DNA from: an uncultured Spirochaetota bacterium
GTDB taxonomy: Bacteria > Spirochaetota > Spirochaetia > SZUA-6 > CAVTHK01
Assembly (NCBI GenBank): GCA_963734495.1
Contig: CAVTHK010000005.1
Location: 165,913-229,912, forward strand
DNA: 64,000 bases
Direction: 5' to 3'
The notes beneath the pieces are model-generated. The model had not been told where the DNA came from. It was given only the letters and a program-made list of their open reading frames with translations, and did not search any database. Below, piece by piece: positions 10,658 through 19,965 of the stretch. Every line of letters starts with the position of its first letter. Within the stretch, counting starts at the first letter, position 1. The translations under genes and the position numbers were made by a program.

Positions 10658-11467
10658 TCACCGGCTGTGCGGCTTGCCGTGCCACAATACCACCGGAATC
10701 CCGTCCACGCGGGCCACCCTCACGGGCGTGCCGTAGGTCTCCGAGAGAGCATCTGCCGTGAGCAGGTCGTCGACAGGCCCCGAGCGGATGATCCGCCCGC
10801 GGCCCATCAGGGCGACGTGGGTGGCGGCCGCGGCGGCCACGTCCGGCTCATGGGTCGTAAAGACCCAGGTGACCCCCTGCCCCAGGAGATCGGTCAGCAT
10901 CCCGCACACCCTGCTCTTGTTCGCGAGGTCCAGGTGCGAGGTAGGCTCGTCCAGCACCAGCAGGCGCGGCGCTTGGGCGAGCGCCCGCGCGATCATCAGG
11001 AGCTGGCGCTCGCCCGCGCTCAGCTCGTTGATCGACCGCTCCTCGAAGCCCGCGAGCCCCGCGCGGGCAAGAGCCGCCGAGGCGATGCCGCAGTCGCGCG
11101 CCCCGGGCATCTCCAGCGGCCCGAGGTACGGCGCGCGCCCGTGAAGGGCGTATTCGAGGCAGGTGTAGTCGAAGGGCAGGTGCTCGCTCTCCGGCACGAA
11201 CGCGAGCACCCGCGCGGCCTCCGCGCGCGAGTATGTGGCGAGCGGCCGGCCCTCCAGCCGCACCGTCCCGGCCCCGGGCCGGCGGGTGCCCGTCAACAGC
11301 GAGAGCAGCGTCGACTTTCCGATGCCGTTGGGCCCGAGCACGGCCAGCCCTGTCCCCGGCGCCACGGCGAGCGAGACCGCTTCGAGCACTGGATTCCCGG
11401 CGCGGTAGGCAAAATCGACCGCCTCGAGCTCGACGATCGGCGCGGCAGCGGCGCGCGAGGCGCTCAC
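10658..11467 (-). CDS. FepC/BtuD-type ABC transporter ATPase
   Basis: GPNGIGKST, LSAGERQ, LDEPTSHLD. Confidence 0.92.
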   Translation of the reverse strand: MSASRAAAAPIVELEAVDFAYRAGNPVLEAVSLAVAPGTGLAVLGPNGIGKSTLLSLLTGTRRPGAGTVRLEGRPLATYSRAEAARVLAFVPESEHLPFDYTCLEYALHGRAPYLGPLEMPGARDCGIASAALARAGLAGFEERSINELSAGERQLLMIARALAQAPRLLVLDEPTSHLDLANKSRVCGMLTDLLGQGVTWVFTTHEPDVAAAAATHVALMGRGRIIRSGPVDDLLTADALSETYGTPVRVARVDGIPVVLWHGKPHSR

Positions 11468-12501
11468 GCTTCCCGCCTATGGTACCAGCGCCGCGAGAGG
11501 ACCAGCACGAAGAACACGGCGCCGAACAGGGAGGTGACGATCCCGAGCGGGATCTCGCCGGGCAGGAGCGTGCGCGCGAAGTCGTCGCAGCCGACCGCGA
11601 AGACGGCGCCGAGGAGCATGGCCGCCGGCAGGCTTCGCCTCGCGTCCGCGCCGTAGAGGCGCCGGCCGATGTGGGGCACGATCAGCCCGATCCAGCCCAC
11701 GGCACCGCTCACCGAGATGACGGCGGCCACCGCGCAGGTCGCCGCCACGAGCAGCGTGAGCCGCTCGCGAGTGACCGCGGCGCCGAGCGAGCGCGCGACG
11801 CGGTCGTCGAGGGCGAGGATGTTGACGCGCCAGCGCATCAGGAGCGTCACGGCGAGCCCGCACGCCACGAGCGGCAGCACGGTGCGCACGTCGGTCCACG
11901 ACGCGCCCGAGAGCCCGCCCATCATCCAGAACGTGATGTCGGGAAGCTGGCTGAGGGGGTCGGCGACGTACTTGAGAATCCCGACGCCGGACGAGAGCAG
12001 CGCGGCGACCGCAATACCGGCGAGCACGAGCCGCAGGACCCAGCCGCCGAAGCGCAGCGCGCGCGCGACGACGAGCGACAGCAGCAGGCCCCCAAGGGCA
12101 AAGGCGGCCGAGAGGACCTGCACCGCCCAGCCGGCGCCGCCCAGCAGGATGATGGCCAGCGCGGCGCCGAACGCGGCGCCCTGCGTGACGCCCATGATCC
12201 CCGGCTCGACCAGCGGGTTCGAGAACAGCAGCTGGAACACCGTCCCCGCCGCGCCGAGCGAAAGCCCGAGGAGGAGCCCCAGGAGGACCCGCGGCAGCCG
12301 CAGCCCGAACACCAGCCGGCGGGCCAGCGGGTCGGCCGCGAGCCTCGCCGGATCGATCAGCCCCGGACTCGGGTACCTGCCCAGAAGCAGCGACACCGCG
12401 AGCAGCAGGAGCAGCGCCGCGCAGAGGACAAAGGCTCTCAGCGCGGGCGGGCGCGGTTGCGCCGCCGGACCGGAGGCCTGTTCGACCTGCATGGCCGTCA
12501 C
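11464..12501 (-). CDS. FecCD/BtuC-type ABC permease
   Basis: LRLPRVLLG, NPLVEPGIMG, GAVGWIGLIVPH, EIPLGIVTSLFG. GTG start after GGGAGGG. Confidence 0.92.
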   Translation of the reverse strand: MTAMQVEQASGPAAQPRPPALRAFVLCAALLLLLAVSLLLGRYPSPGLIDPARLAADPLARRLVFGLRLPRVLLGLLLGLSLGAAGTVFQLLFSNPLVEPGIMGVTQGAAFGAALAIILLGGAGWAVQVLSAAFALGGLLLSLVVARALRFGGWVLRLVLAGIAVAALLSSGVGILKYVADPLSQLPDITFWMMGGLSGASWTDVRTVLPLVACGLAVTLLMRWRVNILALDDRVARSLGAAVTRERLTLLVAATCAVAAVISVSGAVGWIGLIVPHIGRRLYGADARRSLPAAMLLGAVFAVGCDDFARTLLPGEIPLGIVTSLFGAVFFVLVLSRRWYHRREA

Positions 12502-12574
12502 TCGCGCCCTCCCTACAGGTGCGGCCCGGCCGCGGCAGAACGCGCCGGCAGGGCCGCGGGGAACCGCGGGCGGT

Positions 12575-13705
12575 TCAGCGGAGGCCGCCGCGGACGTTGG
12601 CGATGACGGTGGCACGCACGGCCGCTTCGCTCATGCCGTAGAGGAACGAGAACAGGCGCACCGCGTCGCGCTCCACGTCGAGGTCCGCAAAGAGCTCGGG
12701 GTGCAGGCGCGAAGCGAGCCACTCGAGGCCGAGGACCCATCTCACGTCGGGCTGGTCCCAGCTGTAGTAGTCCGCGGGAAAAGCGGCGAGACGGCCGGCC
12801 CGGACCGACGCGAGCGAGCGCCACGCGGGGTCCCCGCCGAGCGCGGTCGCGAGCCGGTCCACGCCTGCCCGGTAGGACGCGACGAAGACCCAGTCCGGGT
12901 TCCAGGCCGCGATCTGCTCGAAGCTCACGCGGTTCCAACCCTGCCCCGTGTTCGCCTTCTTCCAGACCGGCCTTCCCCCCGCCATCTCGACCAGCCCCGT
13001 CTGGATCCAGCCGGCCGGCGGAACGTTCAAGGACTGCTCGCCTCCCCTGACCGCGTCGTAGACGAAGAGCACGCTCGGCCTGCGGTCGTCGCCCAGCGCC
13101 GCGGTGCGCGCAGTCACGCCGCTCATCCGCGCCTCGAGCGCGCGCCAGATCTCGTCCGCCCTGCCCTGATCGCGCAGAAGCTGCCCGAAGACCGCGAGGT
13201 CCCTGCGGTACTGTTCGGGCGTCTCGAAGTCCACGTACAGCACGGGGATGCCGATGGCCTCGAGGGGCCGGCCCAGGGTTTCGGCCATGAAGCTCTTGAG
13301 GATCACGGCGTCGGGCTTGAGCGCGGCGATCTGCTCGGCGCCCGCGGTTCCCGGGAGCGTCGCCTTCTCGCCATAGCGCGGGTCGATCGCCGCCAGAAAG
13401 TTGCCGAGCCCCTGGTCGATCTCGGTCGTGGCGAGGAGCCGTCCCCAGGCGCCCGGGAACGCGTAGAGCGCGTCGGCGACCATGAAGACCGACCGGCCGG
13501 CGAGCACGATCCTCGAGGGAATACTGTTGAAGGTCACCGCGCGGCCGCTCGCGTCGGTCACCGTCCACGGCGCCTGCGCGGGGGGAGGCGGCTCGCGGGC
13601 GGCCTCGGGCGCGGGCGACGCGGCCGCCGCCGGGGCCGACAGGAGCGCCGCGATCGCGGCCGCTGCGAGCGCGCCGCGCGCGGCCCTGGGTCGGCGGAAG
13701 GCCAT
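12575..13705 (-). CDS. Type II ABC periplasmic binding protein (metal chelate/cobalamin-type fold)
   Basis: Signal peptide, TVTDASGRAVTF, EQIAALKPD, VSFEQIAAWNPD, SWDQP. Confidence 0.88.
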   Translation of the reverse strand: MAFRRPRAARGALAAAAIAALLSAPAAAASPAPEAAREPPPPAQAPWTVTDASGRAVTFNSIPSRIVLAGRSVFMVADALYAFPGAWGRLLATTEIDQGLGNFLAAIDPRYGEKATLPGTAGAEQIAALKPDAVILKSFMAETLGRPLEAIGIPVLYVDFETPEQYRRDLAVFGQLLRDQGRADEIWRALEARMSGVTARTAALGDDRRPSVLFVYDAVRGGEQSLNVPPAGWIQTGLVEMAGGRPVWKKANTGQGWNRVSFEQIAAWNPDWVFVASYRAGVDRLATALGGDPAWRSLASVRAGRLAAFPADYYSWDQPDVRWVLGLEWLASRLHPELFADLDVERDAVRLFSFLYGMSEAAVRATVIANVRGGLR

Positions 13706-13736
13706 GCGCCACCTTAGGAGCGCCGGCGGAGCGCTG

Positions 13737-14537
13737 TCAAGCTCCGTCAGCGTCGGCGCCGGCGCGGGCGTTGCGCACCTGCACGAGCTGGGCCGCGACG
13801 CCCACCGCGATCTCGGCGGGCGAGGCGCCGCCGATCGCGAGGCCGATGGGCGCGGCCAGCCTCGCGATCTTCCCGCGGTCGAAGCCCTCCGCTTCCAGCT
13901 CGCGCCTCAGCACGGACGCCTTGGCCCTGCTGGCGATGACGCCGAGGTACTTCCACTCCCGTTTCATGAAGAAGCGGGCGAGCCTGAAGTCCGTGGGATG
14001 GTCGCGGCTGACGATGACAATGTAGGAGTCCGGCGACGGGGGCAGGTCCCGCTCGAGCACGGCCTCGTCGAAGGAGTTGATGATCCGGGCCGCGCCGGGA
14101 AAGCGCTCCGCGTTCGCGTACTCCTGCAAGGAGTCCACGACCGTCACCGAGAAGTCGAGCTCCCTGACCACGGCGAACAGCGACCTGCCGACGTGTCCCC
14201 CGCCGCAGATGACGAGCTGTGGCGGAACGGCCACCGGCTCGACGAAGTAGGACACGCGGCCGCCGCATGCCATCCCCAGGTCGCTTCCGAGATCCTTCTT
14301 GAAGAGGCGTGGGCCGCCCGCGGCCCTGAGGATCTCCAGCGCTTCCCGCTGGGCCGTGTGCTCGAGGTTGCCGCCGCCTATGGTCCCGTAGCTCAGATCC
14401 CGCTCGCCGACGTCCACCACGAGCATCTTGGCGCCGGGGACCTGCGGAGCGCTCCCGGCGACCGAGACGATCGTGACGAACGCGCACCGGCGGCCTTCGG
14501 CGTTGTGCCGCGCGGCCTGCGCGAGCAGCGTGATCAT
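13737..14537 (-). CDS. xdhC: XdhC/CoxI-family molybdoenzyme maturation factor
   Basis: GSAPQVPGAKM, GTIGGGNLE, GMACGG, GGGHVG, APIGLAIGGASPAEIAV. Confidence 0.9.
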   Translation of the reverse strand: MITLLAQAARHNAEGRRCAFVTIVSVAGSAPQVPGAKMLVVDVGERDLSYGTIGGGNLEHTAQREALEILRAAGGPRLFKKDLGSDLGMACGGRVSYFVEPVAVPPQLVICGGGHVGRSLFAVVRELDFSVTVVDSLQEYANAERFPGAARIINSFDEAVLERDLPPSPDSYIVIVSRDHPTDFRLARFFMKREWKYLGVIASRAKASVLRRELEAEGFDRGKIARLAAPIGLAIGGASPAEIAVGVAAQLVQVRNARAGADADGA

Positions 14538-14664
14538 GACGCCATCGTAGTGCCGCGTGGTTTCCCCTGTCCAGCGCGCACCGTCGCGGCTTCTCTCTGG
14601 CGGTGCCAATCCGTTATAATGCGGGAAAAGATGGAGACCCTCGCCGGGCAGGCGAACATACGAC

Positions 14665-16011
14665 ATGACCAATAACCATCAGGGGCGCCGCGGCCGCATC
14701 GCGCGCGCCGCGCGGTCGCTCGCGGCCGCGGCTGTCCTCACGCTCGCGTTCGCCGGCTGCACGTCGATGTCGGACACCGTGTTCCTCGTGCGCAAGGTCG
14801 ACGGCGCGGCCAAGAGCCGGGCCGTGACCGAACAGGGCATCTCGATCTACGAGGTGCGGGTGCTCGGACGCCAGGACTACGCGGCGATCGAGGAGGCGCG
14901 CCGCTACTTCGAGGTCGCGCTGCGCTTCGATCCCGACAATACCCGCGCCCGCCAGTACCTGGAGACCGTGGACAGGTTCCGCGCGTCCGAGCTGCGGGCC
15001 AGGACCGAGCGGGCCGCCGACCTGCTGAAAAGGACCGGCCGCAGCGAGCAGGAGAGCTGGGCGATGCTCCTCCTCGTCCGCCAGGCGGCGGCCCTGTCGC
15101 CCGCCGACGCGCGGGTGGTCTCGCTGATGGCCGATACCGAGCAGGTCAGGGCCGCGATGGTCAAACAGCTCATGGAGCGGGCCCGCGCCGCCCACGAGCA
15201 GATCAGGCAGGACGATCCGCAGCGGGAGCAGAAGCTCCTCGACGTCAAGGACCAGTACGATCGCATCCATGCCATACAGCCCGACTACGTCGATCTGCAG
15301 GTCAGGCGCTCCGCGGTCAGCGGCGAGCTCGACCGCATCTTCAAGGACGGCTCCCTGCGGGCCTCCCGGCGCATCGATGCCGCGCAGTTCGTCGAGGCGC
15401 GCGAAGAGATCGACCGGCTCGACGGGCTGAACCGCAGGCTCGACTACGCTCACGACGAGGAGGTCCGCGGCCTCTCCTACCGGCTGAACTACCACTGGGC
15501 GAAGGATGCCTACGGCCGCAAGCAGCTCGGCCTCGCGGGCGCCAGAGTCGACGCCGCGCTCCGCGCCCGGCGGACCGACGAGGCGGCCGCGCTCAAGGCC
15601 TCCATCGAAGACGACCTGCAGCGCGCAGCCCGCGCTGCCGCGGCCGCCCCCCCGGTGGGCGCGCCCGGCGGGTCGGCGGCGGGCCAGGCGGCGCTGCAGG
15701 AGGTGCAGGACCTCGTCCGAAGGGGAGAGCTCGCGGCCGCCAACCGCAGGATCAACGCCCTGCTCGGGACGACCGGCGACCGCGAGATCGTCGCGGGCCT
15801 CAGGGAGCAGCAGGCCGCCGTCAGGGCGCGCCTCCCCGACCTCTACGCCCGGGGCGTCGAGGCGTACCGGCAGGAGGACTTCAAGCGGGCTGTCGACCTC
15901 CTCTCGGTCGTCGTCGAGATCGACGTCGGCTACGAGCAGGCCGGCGACTACCTCGACAAGGCGCGGGCCAAGCAGAAGCTGCTCGAGAGCCTGCAGGGGA
16001 GCAGAGGGTGA
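14665..16011 (+). CDS. TPR-like helical lipoprotein
   Basis: Lipobox LAFAGC and TPR-like helices (FEVALRFDPDNTRARQYL; YARGVEAYRQEDF...AGDYLDKA). Confidence 0.7.
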   Translation: MTNNHQGRRGRIARAARSLAAAAVLTLAFAGCTSMSDTVFLVRKVDGAAKSRAVTEQGISIYEVRVLGRQDYAAIEEARRYFEVALRFDPDNTRARQYLETVDRFRASELRARTERAADLLKRTGRSEQESWAMLLLVRQAAALSPADARVVSLMADTEQVRAAMVKQLMERARAAHEQIRQDDPQREQKLLDVKDQYDRIHAIQPDYVDLQVRRSAVSGELDRIFKDGSLRASRRIDAAQFVEAREEIDRLDGLNRRLDYAHDEEVRGLSYRLNYHWAKDAYGRKQLGLAGARVDAALRARRTDEAAALKASIEDDLQRAARAAAAAPPVGAPGGSAAGQAALQEVQDLVRRGELAAANRRINALLGTTGDREIVAGLREQQAAVRARLPDLYARGVEAYRQEDFKRAVDLLSVVVEIDVGYEQAGDYLDKARAKQKLLESLQGSRG

Positions 16012-18129
16012 ACGGCGGCGCGACCGGCCTCGCGGCGAGGCCTGCTGCCCCACGCGGCGGAGATGGTCTGGGGCGTGCTCGTTCTCGCGTGGATGGGGGT
16101 GGGGATCCTCACGAGCTCCGGCGTCGACCCCGTCCACATGGCGACGTCGCTCCCGCGTCCGGGGCTGTCTTTCCTGCTGATGACGGCCTGCGTCTGGGCG
16201 CTTGCCGGGGCGTGCGTGTTCAAGATCGCGGCGCCGCTCCTCGGCGGCCCGCTCGCGTGGGCGGCCGCGCCGGACCGCGCGGGCGCCGCGCTGCTGGCCG
16301 CCCTCGCCTCGGCCGCGGCGATGACGCTGATCGCCCTGCACCTGTCCTCCCGCGCCGCGAGCGCCGCGTACTTCATCGGCCTGACGCCCCTCGACTACGC
16401 CGTCGCCGCCGCGTCGCTCGCCCTGAACGCCTGGTCGCTCGCGCGGCTGATCGTCCTGGCCAATCTCCGCGACGCGACCTACCGCGAGTACCTGGAGTTC
16501 CGCAGGGGCAGGCCGACGGGAGCGACGGGGACCTGCTGCGGGCCAGCATCCAGAAGAGGCTGACCCTTTCGTTCGTCGGCTTCATCCTCGTCGTCATCGT
16601 CGTCCTCGCGACGGTGCTGATGACCGGGTTCAGCCGCACGATCCTCAAGGCGGTGATCGACAACGGCAGCTCGCTCGCCGACCGCGCCGCGAGCGTCATC
16701 AAGGCCAACCTCGGCGACGACATCGCCATCGCCGACTACTTCGACATCGAGCAGAAGAAGAACGCGGCCGCGGGGTTCCCGTTTCGCAGCCTCTCCTTCT
16801 ACGGCCGCAGGCCCGGCGGCGACTCGTACTTCGTGAGCCACAGCACGGACGAGACGCTGCGCGGGCAAGGAGCTCCCGCCGGCGTACCGCGGCGCGACGC
16901 AGGCGGGCAACCTCTACAGCGAGGGCGGCAGGACCTTCGAGTTCCTCGCCCCCGTCGTCCTGAGCGACGTGCGGGTCGGCTACGTGCTCGCCGACTACGA
17001 CCGCGACGTGATCTACCAGCCCTATTTCCGGACCCAGGTGCGGGTCGTGCTCGTCGCCGCGCTCTTTGTCTACGTCTCGGTGTTCGGGGTCTACGTCTTC
17101 GGCACCAACATCGTCTTCCCGATCCTGTTCCTGCGCATGAGCGTCAAGCGGATGAGCGGGACGCTGGACGACATGATCCGCGGCCGCGTGCGCGTCTCGG
17201 CCGAGCTGCTGCGCTACGAGGACAGGGTCCCGACCCGCGACGAGATCAAGATGCTGTCGGCCGAGATCGGCAACATGACCACGGTCATCAAGGGAATCAT
17301 CCCCTACATCTCCGCGTCCACGCTCAAGCAGGCCGAGCGGGCGACGCCGACTTCGGAGGCCAGGCACCAGGCCGTTCTCTTTACCGACATCCGCGGATTC
17401 ACCACCATCAGCGAAGGCATGGCGCCGGCCGAGGTGGTCGAGATCCTCAACCACTACCTCGGGCTGCAGCAGAGCATCATCTACCAGCACCACGGCGACG
17501 TCGACAAGTTCATCGGCGACGCGGTGATGGGCGTCTTCGAAGGCCCCACGCGCGAGCTCAACGCGTGCCGGGCGGCCATGGCGATCCGCACGGCGATGGC
17601 GAAGGACAGGGAGCTCAAGCAGAGCGAGAAGCGGAACCTGATCTCCATCGGGATCGGGATCAACACGGGGCCGGTGGTGTTCGGCAGCGTGGGGGCGGGG
17701 GACCGCTTGGCCTACACGAGCATCGGCGACACCGTCAACCTCGCCGCGCGCCTCGAAAGCGCCAACAAGGAGTACGGCACCAAGAGCCTGGTTTCCGAAG
17801 AGGTCTACAAGAAGGTCCGCGACGCGTTCGTCTGCCGGGAGATCGACCTGCTCACCGTCAAGGGCAAGAGCCGGCCGGTGCGCATCTACGAGATCCTGCA
17901 GGAGAGAAGCAAGGCCGCCGTGAAGATCACGGCGCTCGCTCAGAGCTTCGAGAAGGGGCTGGCCCTGTATCGCGCGCGGAGGTGGGACTCCGCGGCGACG
18001 GTCTTCGAGGTCCTGGGCAAGCGGCTCGACGACAAGCCGAGCCGCGTGTTCGTCGAGCGCATCGGGGCCTTCCGCGCGAGCCCCCCGCCGCGGGGCTGGG
18101 ACGGCGTCTACACCCTCTCCTTCAAGTAG
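16008..18129 (+). CDS. Membrane-bound class III adenylate cyclase (at least 3 frameshifts)
   Basis: N-terminal TM helices, periplasmic segment, HAMP-like RDEIKMLS, catalytic LFTDIRGFT, DKFIGDAVM and YTSIGDTVNLAARLE, C-terminal WDGVY. GTG overlaps the upstream stop (GTGA). Confidence 0.85.
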
Positions 18130-18883
18130 CCGCTGGGGCGCCGCGGGGCTCGGCGGCGGCCTCGAAGAAACGCTGCACCGCGGCCGGCGCGCGGGCGCTC
18201 CCCGCCAGCGGGCCGTCGTAGATCACGCGGCCCTCGTCCAGGAAGACGATGCGATCGGCGAGCCTGCGGATGCTCGGGGGCTCGTGGGTCACGATGATCA
18301 GGCTCATGCCGAGCCGCGCCCGCAGGCTCAGGATGAGGCGGTCGAGGCTCGCCGAGGTCACCGGGTCCAGCCCGGCGGACGGCTCGTCGAAGAACAGGAG
18401 CTCGGGGTCCAGCGCCAGGGCGCGGGCCAGGGCCGCCCGCTTGCGCATGCCGCCGGAGAGCTCGGACGGCAGCCGGTCCTCGGAGCCGTCGAGGCCGACG
18501 AGGGCGAGCTTGCTGCGCGCGATCCTGGCGACGAGGCCGGCAGGCAGCGCCGTGTGCTGCTGCAGCGGGATGGACACGTTTTCCAGCACGGTCATCGAGT
18601 TGAGCAGGGCACCGGCCTGGAAGAGCATGCCGGTCCTGCGCCGCACGCGCTGCCAGCCCTCCTCGTCGAGGCGGCCGGTGTCCTCTCCGAGGACGATCAC
18701 CTCGCCCGAGTCGGGCCGCAGCAGTCCCACGATGGCCTTGAGCAGCGTCGTCTTGCCGCACCCGCTGGGGCCGAGGACGACGGTGATCTCGCCGCGCCGC
18801 ATGTCGGTGCTCACGCCCGCGAGCACCGTTCGCTCGCCGTAGCTCACCACGAGGTCGCGCACCGTGACCACGGCTTCGCTCAC
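18122..18883 (-). CDS. mlaF: MlaF/Mkl-family ABC ATPase
   Basis: GPSGCGKTT, ELSGGMRKRAALARAL, DEPSAGLDP. Confidence 0.9.
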   Translation of the reverse strand: MSEAVVTVRDLVVSYGERTVLAGVSTDMRRGEITVVLGPSGCGKTTLLKAIVGLLRPDSGEVIVLGEDTGRLDEEGWQRVRRRTGMLFQAGALLNSMTVLENVSIPLQQHTALPAGLVARIARSKLALVGLDGSEDRLPSELSGGMRKRAALARALALDPELLFFDEPSAGLDPVTSASLDRLILSLRARLGMSLIIVTHEPPSIRRLADRIVFLDEGRVIYDGPLAGSARAPAAVQRFFEAAAEPRGAPAAT

Positions 18884-19965
18884 GGCAGGTACACCAGGCT
18901 GAAGAGGACGTCGGCGACGATCACGGCAAAGATCGAGGCCACCACCGAGCGGGTCGTCTCGCGGCCGACGCCCTCGGCCCCGCCGGTCGCGTGCAGGCCG
19001 CAGTGGCTGGAGATCACGGCGATCAGCCACGCGAACACCACGCTCTTGGCGAGGCCGCTCAGGATGTCCTGGGCTCGCAGCACGCTGATGGACTCGTTCA
19101 CGTAGGCGATCACGGGGATGTGCAGGTAGCTCACCGCCACCAGGAGGCCGCCGAAGATGCCGATCAGGGTGGAGAGCGTCACGAGGAGCGGCGTGCAGAG
19201 CGTGATAGCGAGGAGCTTGGGAACCACCACGTAGCGGACGGGGTCGATCGCCATGGTGCGCAGCGCGTCGATCTCCTCGCTCACCTTCATCGTGGCGATC
19301 TCGGCGGCCATGGCCGACCCGCTGCGGCCGGCGATCAGGATCGCCGTCATCATCGGCCCCATCTCGCGGACCATCGACACCGCGACCAGGTCGGCGACAA
19401 AGATGTTCGCGCCGACGAGACGGAGCTGCGCCGCGGCCTGCAGCGAGAGGATCAGGCCGATGATGAACGACAGCAGCCCCACCACCCCGACCGCGTCGAG
19501 GCCGATCAGCACCGCCTGCTCGACGACGGCCCCGCGCCGGTGGCCGCTGCGGTCGGCGAGGGCGCGGGCCGCGGCGGCGAACACGTCCGCGGCGAGCTGC
19601 GCGACCTCGCGGACCGCGGTCATGCCGCCGTAGAGGCGGCCCCCCAGCCGGGCGAGCGCCGGCTCGCGGCGCGCGGCCTCGAGGGGGCGCAGCTCGGGCG
19701 TGAGCGCGGCCAGCACCGCCGCGACCTCCGTGCCGGCGGACACCAGGGTCAGGCCGGGGAACCGCGCGCGCAGCTCGGCGACAAACGCGGCCCCCGCGCT
19801 GTCGGCGCGCGTCACGCGCGCGAGGTCGAGGACGCGCACGTGCTCCGCAGGCAGCCGGAGCACGCGTGCCCAGAGACCCGGCACCGACTCCGCATCGAGA
19901 GGCCCGATCAGGGCGAGCGTATTCTCCTGCAGAGCGACCGCGGCCGAGTCGCTATCGGACGACAT
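18880..19965 (-). CDS. mlaE: MlaE permease with N-terminal STAS domain
   Basis: STAS-like DLARVTRADSAG, then REMGPMMTAILIAGRSGSAMAAEIATMKVSEEIDAL and GAEGVGRETTRSVV. Confidence 0.92.
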   Translation of the reverse strand: MSSDSDSAAVALQENTLALIGPLDAESVPGLWARVLRLPAEHVRVLDLARVTRADSAGAAFVAELRARFPGLTLVSAGTEVAAVLAALTPELRPLEAARREPALARLGGRLYGGMTAVREVAQLAADVFAAAARALADRSGHRRGAVVEQAVLIGLDAVGVVGLLSFIIGLILSLQAAAQLRLVGANIFVADLVAVSMVREMGPMMTAILIAGRSGSAMAAEIATMKVSEEIDALRTMAIDPVRYVVVPKLLAITLCTPLLVTLSTLIGIFGGLLVAVSYLHIPVIAYVNESISVLRAQDILSGLAKSVVFAWLIAVISSHCGLHATGGAEGVGRETTRSVVASIFAVIVADVLFSLVYLP

